This document shows positions 47,351 to 57,351 of a stretch of 64,000 nt of DNA, piece by piece. Source of the DNA: an uncultured bacterium (lineage in GTDB: Bacteria > Krumholzibacteriota > Krumholzibacteriia > Krumholzibacteriales > Krumholzibacteriaceae); the NCBI GenBank assembly GCA_963786935.1, contig CAWBAN010000004.1, positions 224,001-288,000 on the forward strand. Direction: 5' to 3'. The stretch's first letter is position 1. Each line of letters begins with the position of its first letter. The notes under the pieces were generated by a model that saw only the letters and a list, made by a program, of their open reading frames with translations, searched no databases and was not told the origin of the DNA. A program made the position numbers and the translations under genes.

Positions 47351-50300
47351 ATGGCCCCTCCGGTAACACATACCAAGAACTCCTTCTCCCTCCACCGGAA
47401 AACGGTCAACATCATCGAGCTCGGCAAGGGACTCTTCAACAAGGAGAGCCCGATTCTCATGCCGGGGAGGCTGAAGAACGACGACGGACCCTCGGACGAG
47501 CTGTCCGACATGAACGCCGTTTCGGCGCACGCCGGCATCACGGCGCTCGCCGCCGCGTACAAACAGTTCGAATTCGATGCGAGAAAGCAGATCGTCATCG
47601 CGGGGCACGCCGCCGGGGAGAGCGGCGACGTCAAGAAGCACTTCGATCTCGCCGCGCTGCGGGCGCGGAACGTCTATCTGCTCCTGACGGGCCAGCGGGA
47701 GCAGTGGGCCGCCGGCTGCTATGCCGGCCAGAAGCTCGAGGACGTGAAGCGGATCCTCATGTATTTCGCCCTGAGGCGGCTCGGGTGGGACTGCCGCGAC
47801 AAGGGGGGAATCAACGCGAACTGGACCGACGACACGACCAAGGCCACGGAGAAATTCATCGCCGGCTACAACAAGGACGCGAAGCACGCGGTGAAGCTCG
47901 CCGCGGGGCTCGCCGCCGGCGCCGCGAAAGACAAGAAATGGTCGCCCGACCTCTGGAAGGCCGTCTTTACGCTGTACCAGGAGGATATCTGCACTTCGCT
48001 GAAGATCGCGCCCCCCGATCCCGCGAAGCTCCCGCTCCGGAAGCTCCGGTTCGCGATGCGCGGGAGGGAGTGCGTGGCGTGCGGGGAATCGTTCCCGCTC
48101 AAGGTCGACAAGAGCGGCTATCAGAAGGATAAGTACCGCCGCGTGGACATCATGTTCTGGAATCCGAAGGAAGTGCCGGGGGTGCGGAAGGGGTCGCGAC
48201 GCTTCGTCTGCCCGGCCGCGGGCGCGGCCGCCCACCAGTCGAAGGAATGCCCCATCTGGTATCAGAAGCACATCAAGGCCGTCTACCTCGATCCCGATAA
48301 AGAGCTCAAATTGATCGCATATCACCTCACGTTCACCTACTACGACAAGATCGCCGGCAAGGTCGACAAGGTGCCGGGCGGGCTCACGATCGAGGCCTAT
48401 CATTACGTGGGAGTCGGCGCGGCGAAGACGCTGACCCCGATCGACGCGATGCTCGACTACAGCGACGGGGTGTACACCCTCAAGGTCGAAGACGATTCGA
48501 CGCGCAAGAACATCTTCTTCCAGTTCAATACGCAGGACCCGGCGAAGCCCACCACGCTCATGTGGGTGTTCCGGAAGGACCAGAACGCCGAACCCGTCAT
48601 CGTCGAGAAGCAGACGGGGCCGGTCAAGTCGATGGGGACCGCGGAGCGGTTCAAGTACTACGATCTGCCGAAGCTCTGGTCGTCGGAGAACTACTGGACG
48701 CGCTATAAATCGGGAAACGACTACGAAGCGTTCCGGTACGATACCGTCATGAAGACCAAGAAGACGCTCAAGCCGTACGGGGGAAAGACCACGGCCGCGA
48801 CCGATCCGCTCTTTTTCTCGCTCAACGACATCGTGCTGATCAAGGCCGACGGATCGCAGATCGTCAAGGATAAGGACGCCGCGGACGTCGAAAAGGCGCT
48901 CTCGGCCGATTCGCGCGTCACGCTCCTCTATCTGGACAAGGACGACAAGTTCAAGGTCAAGATCTATGCGCCGCGGGCGGAAGCCCCCTACTTCAGCAAG
49001 CCCGATTTCACCGAGAACCTGATTTACAACTACCATCCCTCGACCCGCGCCATCATATTCTGCGGCGATTTCTACCACGCCTACGACAAGCGGACGGAAA
49101 AGACCGGCACGTTCGATTTCGCCAAGAAGCACGTGCTCGGGGCGCGGGCAGCGTTGATCAACGACGCGGACATAAGCGCCAAGGAGTCGTTCATCCTCAC
49201 CACGGACGCCAATCGCACGAACGCCTACTCGGGGGCCGGCTGCGGCAACTACGATCTGCATTTCATTTACCGCTGCGGTCTGTCGAAGGGAAAGAACGTG
49301 AGCGCCCTGATTCTCTACTGGTCCGGGAGCTTCAAGAAGGACGCCGCGAACGGCGGGACCGACGCCGACGCGCAGCTGTTCCTCGAGAAGGGCCTCCTGA
49401 ACGCGATGAACCGGAACAACGCCAAGGACTACACGCTCGCGAAGCACACCGGCACGCGCGACATGCTCATCAAGATGTTCATCTTCTACGAGGGGAAGCA
49501 CAAGGACCGCGGGGGCAAGCCGAAGTGCGTCTTGAAGGTCCGCGACAACAACGGGGGGAGCTCGATCGGGGCAGCCGCCGCGACCTATCGCAAGGGGGCT
49601 GCCGAGGTCGAGGCGAAGCACTTCCAGGCGGGGCCCACCGCGCCGGCGGATCCCCTGAACAGCGTGGCCGACTACGACGGATCGAAGACCAAGCGACTCG
49701 TCGGGGCCCACGAGTCGGGGCACGCCTCGGGTTGGGATGACGAATATCTCAAGTTCCTTGACGACAAGGACGCGCTGCCGAGCTTGCAGGAAATGCAGGG
49801 CTACTACAAGCATGCCGGGGGCGCCTATTACCACGGGGCGCCCTACAGCCTCGACAAGCTGACGATCATGAGCAGCAACCACGCGGTGCGGATGCGCCAT
49901 TTCTGGTACTACGTGAACTGGCTGAACGACATGGGCCAGGCGACCAAGCCGCTCCACAAGTTTCTCGACGGGACGAAATTCAAGATAACCTTCAAGGATC
50001 TGAACTACGAATTGATCACGAATCGGAAGCTGCACGAGTCGGCGCACCAGAAGGATTACTACAGCTTCACGGCCGATTCGAAGGCCGACATGATTCTCTA
50101 CAAGCTGGGCGAGGACGAGTTCGCCAAGACGATCACGAGCGGCCAGACATACACGGGGATTCTGATCGTCCGCACCAACCTCTCGGCCCGGTTCACGCCG
50201 GGCGCGTCGTGGACGGACGAGAACCAAGTCAACTGGCTCGGGGATCTGCACAAGCGTATCAACGTGATGCTGAACAAGAAGTACCGGCTCGCGTGCACCG

Positions 50301-50611
50301 GCGACGCCGACCATGCGTTCAAAAACGTGGCGCTGCACTTCATGCCGCACTACGAGATCCGGGGAGGCGCTGCCTCCATGGCCGGCATGCATTTCAAGCT
50401 GGAAGTGAAGGACGATACCGCCGGAACGTTTACGCCGGCGGGGACGACCATTACGGTGAGCAAGAACGTCGCCATGAAGAAGGTCATCAGGTACTTTTTC
50501 GGAAAGACGACCGGCGCCGACGATCTGGGGAAGGCCGACCTGACCAAGATAACGGATTGGATGGCCGACGCGTCGGTGACCGGCAAGGCATTCGCGTTCA
50601 GGGAGCTCTGA
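47351..50611 (+). CDS. putative T6SS effector: OmpA-like/PG-binding N-terminus plus zinc metallopeptidase motif
   Basis: No signal peptide; directly after PAAR; HESGHASGWDDEY; IAGH..LRARNV..CGESFP..RRVDI. Confidence 0.6.
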   Translation: MAPPVTHTKNSFSLHRKTVNIIELGKGLFNKESPILMPGRLKNDDGPSDELSDMNAVSAHAGITALAAAYKQFEFDARKQIVIAGHAAGESGDVKKHFDLAALRARNVYLLLTGQREQWAAGCYAGQKLEDVKRILMYFALRRLGWDCRDKGGINANWTDDTTKATEKFIAGYNKDAKHAVKLAAGLAAGAAKDKKWSPDLWKAVFTLYQEDICTSLKIAPPDPAKLPLRKLRFAMRGRECVACGESFPLKVDKSGYQKDKYRRVDIMFWNPKEVPGVRKGSRRFVCPAAGAAAHQSKECPIWYQKHIKAVYLDPDKELKLIAYHLTFTYYDKIAGKVDKVPGGLTIEAYHYVGVGAAKTLTPIDAMLDYSDGVYTLKVEDDSTRKNIFFQFNTQDPAKPTTLMWVFRKDQNAEPVIVEKQTGPVKSMGTAERFKYYDLPKLWSSENYWTRYKSGNDYEAFRYDTVMKTKKTLKPYGGKTTAATDPLFFSLNDIVLIKADGSQIVKDKDAADVEKALSADSRVTLLYLDKDDKFKVKIYAPRAEAPYFSKPDFTENLIYNYHPSTRAIIFCGDFYHAYDKRTEKTGTFDFAKKHVLGARAALINDADISAKESFILTTDANRTNAYSGAGCGNYDLHFIYRCGLSKGKNVSALILYWSGSFKKDAANGGTDADAQLFLEKGLLNAMNRNNAKDYTLAKHTGTRDMLIKMFIFYEGKHKDRGGKPKCVLKVRDNNGGSSIGAAAATYRKGAAEVEAKHFQAGPTAPADPLNSVADYDGSKTKRLVGAHESGHASGWDDEYLKFLDDKDALPSLQEMQGYYKHAGGAYYHGAPYSLDKLTIMSSNHAVRMRHFWYYVNWLNDMGQATKPLHKFLDGTKFKITFKDLNYELITNRKLHESAHQKDYYSFTADSKADMILYKLGEDEFAKTITSGQTYTGILIVRTNLSARFTPGASWTDENQVNWLGDLHKRINVMLNKKYRLACTGDADHAFKNVALHFMPHYEIRGGAASMAGMHFKLEVKDDTAGTFTPAGTTITVSKNVAMKKVIRYFFGKTTGADDLGKADLTKITDWMADASVTGKAFAFREL

Positions 50612-50616
50612 GAACG

Positions 50617-51828
50617 ATGAATCGAATCGCCGCTCTCTTCGGACGCCGCCGCGCGGCGGCGCTGCTCTTCGTCATCTGTTTCGTTTGGGGGTGCGGCTCG
50701 AAGTCCGCCCCGGGAGGGAATGAACGCATGAACAACACTGCCGCCGGCGCGCTGTGCTCGACCTATTTCTCCGACTACGGGAGGAGCTCCTTCATTCCTG
50801 CGACGGCCTCCGTACAGGGAGAGCTCCTCTTTTCGGCGCCGCTCGCCTTCCCCGGGGGCGCGCCGCCCCAATTCGTGCTGCTGTGGGACGGCCGCGTCGT
50901 GGTCGAGTCCGAATCGATGTTCGCGGTGTTCGATTCGTCGGGGCGGAAGCAGTGGGAGCGGTCGAAGTACGTGAACTCGCCGATCGGCGTCGCGGACAGC
51001 GTGATCTACTGCGAGAACGCGAATTTCTTCCTCGACGGCGTCGACGCGACGAACCGGCGCGTCCTCGAGGACGGATCGCTCCCGCAGGTCATCGACGAGC
51101 ATTACCCCGTCTTCATGATCGCTCCGCAGAAGGACGATTTTCTGGCGGTCGTGCAGTTCGTCGGCGGGGAGGACGGCTCGCCCCCCTCGGCGAGATTCTA
51201 CCGGGCGAGATACGGGAGTCCGACCGATACGTGGGGACACACGCTCGACGGCGGCCAGATCCTGCCGCCGCTCTTCTCCACCGGGACAAACCGGCTCTAC
51301 GTCTTTATGAAGCGGGCGTTTGTCTTCGACGCCGTGACGGGGGCGGAGACCGCTCAGTTCGATTTCCCGATGGATGCGCCCGTCGCGGCGAGCGCGGATC
51401 AAAAGGGGAACGTCTTTTTCGCGGGAAGCGACAAGGGAAAAGGCACGCTCGCGGCGGCGGCGCAGGACGGCGCGGAGATCTGGCGCTTCGAAGATATGCT
51501 TCTCCGGGGAATCTCCCCGGGAGCGCAACCGCCGATTTTGGGGGCCGACGGCTCCGTGTATGTGATCGCGGGCGGCGCGATTCTCGCCGTGCGGGAGGGT
51601 AAGCTGGCGTGGAAACAGACGCCGCCGAAGGGAGGCTTCTCCTACGGCGCCGCGCTCGAAGGCGGCTCGTTCCTCGCGACGGCGGGGAGCGTCGTGTATC
51701 TCTTCGACGCGAAAGGGGAGCAGATGTCCGCGATCGATCTGGATGAAACTCTGGTGACCCCGCCGGTGGCGGACCGGGTGGGGATCGTGTATGTGGCGTC
51801 GTCCAAGACCCTCTTCGGGCTGAAATAG
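50617..51828 (+). CDS. lipoprotein with PQQ-like beta-propeller; candidate immunity protein
   Basis: Lipobox VWGC, repeats such as SGRKQW, DGAEIW, EGKLAW; 5 nt after the effector stop. Confidence 0.65.
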   Translation: MNRIAALFGRRRAAALLFVICFVWGCGSKSAPGGNERMNNTAAGALCSTYFSDYGRSSFIPATASVQGELLFSAPLAFPGGAPPQFVLLWDGRVVVESESMFAVFDSSGRKQWERSKYVNSPIGVADSVIYCENANFFLDGVDATNRRVLEDGSLPQVIDEHYPVFMIAPQKDDFLAVVQFVGGEDGSPPSARFYRARYGSPTDTWGHTLDGGQILPPLFSTGTNRLYVFMKRAFVFDAVTGAETAQFDFPMDAPVAASADQKGNVFFAGSDKGKGTLAAAAQDGAEIWRFEDMLLRGISPGAQPPILGADGSVYVIAGGAILAVREGKLAWKQTPPKGGFSYGAALEGGSFLATAGSVVYLFDAKGEQMSAIDLDETLVTPPVADRVGIVYVASSKTLFGLK

Positions 51829-51886
51829 AGGCCCGCGAATTCGGGGATGAAACATCGGCCGGCCGGGATCGGAGGAAGGTAATCGC

Positions 51887-52312
51887 ATGGCCAAAGCGGG
51901 ATTTCCATTCGAATTGAATCTTCCCGAAAGGTGGAAGGAGACGACCGTCTACACGTATCAGGGGCCCGACGACAGCGGCGTCCAGCACAACATCTCGCTC
52001 GTCGTCGACCGGGAAACGACGGCCCCCGATCTCAGGACGTACGCCGCCGAGCGCCGCGCCAATCTGCTCGCGACGCTGCAGGGGATCGATATTCTCAAAG
52101 AAGAAGAACGGACCATGGAGAGCGGGTATCCGGCTTACGAGCTCGTGTACAAATGGATTCCCGTCGAAGGCACCGTCGTGTATCAGAAGGTGGTGTTCAT
52201 GCTCGTCGGCCGTGTCGTCTGCACGTTCTCGGGCAACTTCTCCAAAAAGACGATCAAGACCATCGGCGTGGAGTTTGACCGGATAGCGTCTTCGTTCGCC
52301 CTTATCGATTAA
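51887..52312 (+). CDS. DcrB/DUF1795 (Eag-like) adaptor protein
   Basis: LPERWKETTVY.Y, NISL, YQK..F, PsbP-like pattern; about 140 aa. Confidence 0.72.
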   Translation: MAKAGFPFELNLPERWKETTVYTYQGPDDSGVQHNISLVVDRETTAPDLRTYAAERRANLLATLQGIDILKEEERTMESGYPAYELVYKWIPVEGTVVYQKVVFMLVGRVVCTFSGNFSKKTIKTIGVEFDRIASSFALID

Positions 52313-52316
52313 TGAC

Positions 52317-52345
52317 TTGACTTAATCGATAGGCGAATCTAGAGT
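52317..52345 (+). promoter_or_regulatory. sigma70-like promoter of the T6SS core operon, with -35 inside an inverted repeat
   Basis: TTGACT-N17-TAGAGT; flanking TATCGATTAA-N9-TTAATCGATA. Confidence 0.65.
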
Positions 52346-52420
52346 TTTTCGCAGGGGAGCGGCGGAAAACGCTGCCGTGGCATCGCCGGATTCTCATTCT
52401 CAAAGGAGCGGTATTCTCGC

Positions 52421-54940
52421 ATGGATATCTCCAGCTATTCTCATGATTCCCGGACGGTCATCAAAGCCGCCCAGGAGATCGCGGCCGCCTTCAAGCATGC
52501 CGAGATCGAGGTCGAACACCTCCTCATGGCGGTCGTGCGCCACGAGGCCCCCGAGGTCGAGTCGATCCTCAACCAGCTCGGCAAGCCCGCCTCCTTCGTC
52601 GAGTCGATTCTCGAGATCTACCTGAAGGATCAGCCCGCGAAATCGACCGGGCGGGAGAAGGCCCCCGTTTCTCCTTCGGTGCAGACCGTGCTGAACAACG
52701 CCCTCGACGAAAAGGAGAAGCTCTACGCCCCCCTCGTCGAGCCCGAGCATATCCTCATCGCGATCTTCGATCCGCGCTCGGCGCTGGCCGGCTACGTCCG
52801 CGACAAGGTCGAGTTCAAGAAGGAAGATATTTATCGCGCCATCGCCGAGATCAAGGCGGTCGAGGAGATCGCCGCCCCCTCGAAAGGGGGAAAACGCGCC
52901 GAAGGTGCCGCGGAGGCCTCGGCCGAGGTCGCGGGGACGCTCAAGTACACCAGCGACATGACGAACCGGGCGGCGGCGGGAGAGTTCGATCCGATGATCG
53001 GGCGCGCCGACGAGCTCCAGCAGACCATCCAGATCCTCCTCAGGCGCCGGAAGAACTCGCCCATCCTCGTCGGGGGCGCCGGCGTCGGAAAATCGGCGAT
53101 CGTCGAGGGATTCGCGCAGGCCGTGATCGGCAAACGGGTGCCCAAGACGCTCCAGGACGTGAAGGTCCTCGAGGTCGATATGGGCTCGCTCGTCGCGGGC
53201 GCGAAATACAAAGGGGAGTTCGAGGAGCGTTTCAAGGCGCTCATCGGGGAGGTCGTGCGGAGCGCGGGGAAGGTCATCCTCTTCATCGACGAGATACACA
53301 CGATCTGCGGCTCGGGCTCGGGCGGCGGGATGGACGCGGCGAATCTCCTCAAGCCGGCCCTCGCCCGCGGGCAGCTCAGGCTCATCGGGGCGACCACCGA
53401 GGAGGAGTACACCAAGTATCTCGAGAAGGACAAGGCGCTCGTCCGGCGCTTCGAGAAGGTCAGGGTGGATCAGCCCCACTTCGACGAGGCCGTCCGGATC
53501 GTGAAAGGCGTGGAAAGCAAATACGCGGGGCATCACAAGGTCACGTTCACTCCCGAGGCGCTCGTGGCCTCCGTGAAGCTCGCGCAGCGGTATCTTTCCG
53601 AGCGGAACCTGCCCGATATCGCGCTCGATATCATCGACGAGGCCGCCTCGGAGTTCGCCGTGAAGAAGGAGCTCGCCGGCGAAAAGGTCGGCTCTCTCGG
53701 GCCGCTTTTCGCGAAGGTCGAGGAGCTCGCCGCCGGCAAAAAGGCGGAAGGCCTCGCCGAGGCCTACGACGCGCTCATCAAGGACGTGGACGCGCTGCAG
53801 AAATACTGGGGGCACCGGCTCGACCGCGAGCGGGAGACGAGCCTCCCCTTCGATCGGATCAAGACGGAGAATCTCCCCGGCATCGTGGCGGAAAAGCGGA
53901 AGCTCTTCGCCGATCTCAAGAAGGTCGTCGAGGCGCTCGAGCCGAAGATATTCGAAAGCGATATCGGCGCGGTTATCGCCCGCCGGACCGGCATTCCCGT
54001 GTCGAAGATGATGACGGCGGAAAAGGACAGGCTCATCAACATGGAGGACTACCTGTCGAAAAAGATCATCGGCCAGCCGAACGCCATCAAAGCCGTCTGC
54101 AACGCCATCAGAAAGTCGCGTGCCGGCTTGAAATTGCCGTATCGCCCGGTCGGCTCGTTCCTGTTCCTCGGGCCCACGGGCACGGGCAAGACGTATCTTC
54201 CGAAGCTGCTCGCGGAGTTCCTCTTCGACGACAAGAACGCCATGGTCCGGATGGATATGTCCGAGTTCATGGAGCCCCATTCGGTGGCGAAGATGATCGG
54301 GGCGCCCCCCGGCTACGTGGGATACGAGGCGGGTGGGCTCCTCACCGAGGCGGTGCGCAAGAAGCCGTTCTCCATCGTCCTCCTCGACGAGGTGGAGAAG
54401 GCGCATCCGGACGTTTTCAACATTCTCCTCCAGCTCCTCGACGACGGCCGGCTCACCGACGGGCAGGGGCGCACGGTGGATTTTTCGAACACAATTGTTG
54501 TATTGACATCGAATTATGCCGCTGATAAGATACTCGCCGCGGACCGTGAGGGCAGGGAACCGGACATGGACGAGATCCGGGGATTCCTGTTCGGCAAGTT
54601 CAGACCCGAGCTTCTCAACCGGCTGAGCGAGATCATCGTGTTCCGGCCGTTCTCGCAGGAGCAGGTGGAGAATATCGCGGGGTTGGAGTTCAAGGGGCTC
54701 TGCGCTCTTCTGGAGGACCAGAACATCAAGGCGACGCTGTCGGACGAGGCGCGCAAGAAGCTGGCGAGGGAAGGGTACACGGTCGAGCTGGGGGCGCGGC
54801 CCATTCAGAGGATTATCGAGAAACAGATCATCAACAAGCTCTCGGTGGAAATCATCACCGGCGGCGTCAAACCGGGGGATGAGGTCCGGATCGACGTCAA
54901 GGACGACGATTATTCCTTTATCGTCGTCGAACGTAAATAG
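52421..54940 (+). CDS. tssH: ClpV/TssH-like AAA+ ATPase (ClpB family)
   Basis: Clp-N domain, GGAGVGKS/LFIDEIH, GPTGTGKT/LLDEVEKAH; directly precedes the sheath genes. Confidence 0.8.
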   Translation: MDISSYSHDSRTVIKAAQEIAAAFKHAEIEVEHLLMAVVRHEAPEVESILNQLGKPASFVESILEIYLKDQPAKSTGREKAPVSPSVQTVLNNALDEKEKLYAPLVEPEHILIAIFDPRSALAGYVRDKVEFKKEDIYRAIAEIKAVEEIAAPSKGGKRAEGAAEASAEVAGTLKYTSDMTNRAAAGEFDPMIGRADELQQTIQILLRRRKNSPILVGGAGVGKSAIVEGFAQAVIGKRVPKTLQDVKVLEVDMGSLVAGAKYKGEFEERFKALIGEVVRSAGKVILFIDEIHTICGSGSGGGMDAANLLKPALARGQLRLIGATTEEEYTKYLEKDKALVRRFEKVRVDQPHFDEAVRIVKGVESKYAGHHKVTFTPEALVASVKLAQRYLSERNLPDIALDIIDEAASEFAVKKELAGEKVGSLGPLFAKVEELAAGKKAEGLAEAYDALIKDVDALQKYWGHRLDRERETSLPFDRIKTENLPGIVAEKRKLFADLKKVVEALEPKIFESDIGAVIARRTGIPVSKMMTAEKDRLINMEDYLSKKIIGQPNAIKAVCNAIRKSRAGLKLPYRPVGSFLFLGPTGTGKTYLPKLLAEFLFDDKNAMVRMDMSEFMEPHSVAKMIGAPPGYVGYEAGGLLTEAVRKKPFSIVLLDEVEKAHPDVFNILLQLLDDGRLTDGQGRTVDFSNTIVVLTSNYAADKILAADREGREPDMDEIRGFLFGKFRPELLNRLSEIIVFRPFSQEQVENIAGLEFKGLCALLEDQNIKATLSDEARKKLAREGYTVELGARPIQRIIEKQIINKLSVEIITGGVKPGDEVRIDVKDDDYSFIVVERK

Positions 54941-54966
54941 AGGCATCATTTAACAAGGAGGCTTTG

Positions 54967-55407
54967 ATGGCAAAATTCATACTCGGGGCGACCGAGCGGG
55001 TCAAGAAAGACGACTCGATTCCGGTGGAGCTCCTGCCGTCGAACAAGCTGCTCTACGTCGCCAAGCTCAATAACGATGAGGACGCCGATCCGGAGCCGGT
55101 ACGCTGCAACAACGTGAAGGAAGTGTTCGAAAAGTTCCGTCCGTCGTTCCACGCCGAGCTCGAATCGCCCGACGGGCAGTCGGTGGACGCCGAGTTCACG
55201 ATCAAGGCGATGAAGGATTTCACGCCGAAGGAGCTGATCGAGAACAACGACCAGCTTTCGACGACCTACTACAGCAAGGAGATCCTCGCCGATCTCGACA
55301 AGCAGCTCAAGAAGAACAATCCGCTCAAGAAGACCATTTCGGACAAGGAGAAGAAGGAAGCTCTTCTCAAAGCGGCGAAGTACTACATCGACCTCCTGTC
55401 GGAGTAA
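54967..55407 (+). CDS. tssB: T6SS sheath small subunit, T6SS-iii-like
   Basis: LPSNKLLYVAKL..PEP..VKEVFEKFRPS..ESPDG..DF.PK..KQLKKN; precedes tssC. Confidence 0.8.
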   Translation: MAKFILGATERVKKDDSIPVELLPSNKLLYVAKLNNDEDADPEPVRCNNVKEVFEKFRPSFHAELESPDGQSVDAEFTIKAMKDFTPKELIENNDQLSTTYYSKEILADLDKQLKKNNPLKKTISDKEKKEALLKAAKYYIDLLSE

Positions 55408-55424
55408 GGAAACGAGGTGAGACG

Positions 55425-56843
55425 ATGAGCGACGAGATGGAAATGAAGCCCCAGGAAAGCAAGCCGGCGGAGGCCAAGATGGCGGAGGGGGAGCGGATCT
55501 CCGACAAGGAGTTCGCCGAGCTCCTCACCGAGAAGTTCGGGAAGTTCGAGGAGCTCGCCAAGATGCTCCCGTCCTTCAAGACGGCCGACGGCGATCTCGT
55601 CCGGGGCGTCGAATGGCTCGATCCGAAGAAGGATTTCCAGCGGAAGGAATTCCTGACGAAACCGGACTTCGCCAAACAGCGGAAGCTCCTCGCCGAGCGG
55701 CTCAAGCTCTGGGTCGAGGCGCTCGCGAGCTCGGACGATCCCGACGCGATGCGGAAGACGATCAACGACAAGATGACGAAGCTGGAGACGAATCTCGAGA
55801 AGAACATGCGTCGGGCCCTCGAAGCCGGCCGGGAGATCGAGACGACCTACCGCGCGGTCGACAAGTTCTTCGCGAACGCGCAGCTGGAGCCCGACGAGAA
55901 GATCAACGCGTGGTTCGCCAATATCAGCGCCGACGAGCTGATGAATCCCGACGACAAGGAGAAGTTCGAGAAGCTGTCCAAGGCGATCGCCGATCTCTAT
56001 CGCGAATGGTCGATCAAGGAGTGCTTCTCGATCGCGGTCATACCGGGCTGGCTCGGCTCGGTCGAAAACATCGACACGGTCGCGCGCCAGATCGGCCTCG
56101 CGAACAAGATGCAGGTCATCACCGACCTGCCGAATTTCGAGAAGTTCGAGGAGGTCGTGGATATGCTCGAGGATCCCGCGTACGCGGGGCTGGCCGGGAT
56201 CGACAATTACAAGCAGTACGCGACGCTTTTCGCGAATTGGGTCATGGCGCGCGAAGCCACCTCGTACGAGGACGAAGCGATGTGGATTCCGCCGTCGTCG
56301 GTCGTGGCGGGGAAGATCTACCAGGGCGATTCCACGATCGGCATGCAGCAGCCGTCCGCGGGATTCAAGTACGGGAAGATCGCCGAATCGAAGTATCTCC
56401 GGTTCCGGGCGAACCAGCCCGACGCGAGCAAGATCAACGAGAAGGGCGTCAATTCGATGGTCAACTTCGAGGGGGCCGTCGTCGCGATGGGATCCTCGAC
56501 GCTCTCGACGAAGGAGACGTTCAACGTCTACTCGATCAGGCGGACGTACGACTACGTGTACAAGACGCTCCGCAACTATCTCAACAAGCAGACCTTCTCG
56601 GTGATCGACCAGAAGTTCATCGACGCCCTGCGGCGCGACATCGACAAGTTCATGAAGGCGATCTCGGGCGGCGACAACATCCTCGAGGATTACAAGGTGG
56701 AGATCTTCGCAGACGAGGAGATGCGCAAGCGGCAGGAGGTCGATATCAAAGTTTCGCTCAATCCCAAGTATCCTGCACGGACGTTCAATATAGAGTTCAC
56801 CGCGTGGAACGAAGACAACAAGGTGAGTGTGAAGGATAAGTAG
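55425..56843 (+). CDS. tssC: T6SS sheath large subunit, T6SS-iii-like (DUF5458 type)
   Basis: ETTYR..FF.N, VIPGWLGS, PPSSVVAGKIY, Q.SAG.KYG, YSIRRTYDYV, PKYPARTF. Confidence 0.87.
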   Translation: MSDEMEMKPQESKPAEAKMAEGERISDKEFAELLTEKFGKFEELAKMLPSFKTADGDLVRGVEWLDPKKDFQRKEFLTKPDFAKQRKLLAERLKLWVEALASSDDPDAMRKTINDKMTKLETNLEKNMRRALEAGREIETTYRAVDKFFANAQLEPDEKINAWFANISADELMNPDDKEKFEKLSKAIADLYREWSIKECFSIAVIPGWLGSVENIDTVARQIGLANKMQVITDLPNFEKFEEVVDMLEDPAYAGLAGIDNYKQYATLFANWVMAREATSYEDEAMWIPPSSVVAGKIYQGDSTIGMQQPSAGFKYGKIAESKYLRFRANQPDASKINEKGVNSMVNFEGAVVAMGSSTLSTKETFNVYSIRRTYDYVYKTLRNYLNKQTFSVIDQKFIDALRRDIDKFMKAISGGDNILEDYKVEIFADEEMRKRQEVDIKVSLNPKYPARTFNIEFTAWNEDNKVSVKDK

Positions 56844-56890
56844 ACGGACGTTTGGCGGCGCCCCGGGGCGCCCGAAAGGAGAAGCGGAAT

Positions 56891-57295
56891 ATGGCACGGA
56901 GACCTACCCTGGAGATCGATGGGGTCGTGTACAAGAACGTGTATTCGGTGTCCTATTCGCTCTATACGGCGAAGGACGAGACGGGCCGTCCCGCCGACCG
57001 CGCCCACGCGGGCACCATCAGGGTCGTGCGGGAATCGGATCAGACCTGCGACATCGCCCGCTGGGCCATGGATTCCTCGAAGCCGAACTGGAAGAGCGGG
57101 AAGGTGATGCTCAAGAGCCCGGACGACGCGACGATGAAGGAGCTGACCTGGGAGAACGGGTTCATCACGTTCTATTCGGAGAGCGTTCCGCATATCAAGA
57201 AAGTCCCGGACGATCAGGTGTACGAGGAGTTCGAGATATCCTGCCAGATTCTCAAGATCGCCGACGCGGAGATCGACAATCGCTGGCAGGAGTAG
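56891..57295 (+). CDS. tssD: T6SS tube protein Hcp/TssD, T6SS-iii-like
   Basis: LEIDG..SYS..DETGRP..GTI..ES..W..G.V..MKELTWENG.I..Y.E..IS..W; 134 aa. Confidence 0.85.
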   Translation: MARRPTLEIDGVVYKNVYSVSYSLYTAKDETGRPADRAHAGTIRVVRESDQTCDIARWAMDSSKPNWKSGKVMLKSPDDATMKELTWENGFITFYSESVPHIKKVPDDQVYEEFEISCQILKIADAEIDNRWQE

Positions 57296-57351
57296 CTTCC
57301 GGGAAATCCGCCGCTTGAAAACGAGCGGACCGTTCGTCGCGTGCGGTTCGA

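Noticed and set aside
52421..54940. Housekeeping ClpB/ClpC
   Set aside because: The middle domain is atypical and the gene heads the sheath operon, so TssH is preferred, though this is not proven without phylogeny.
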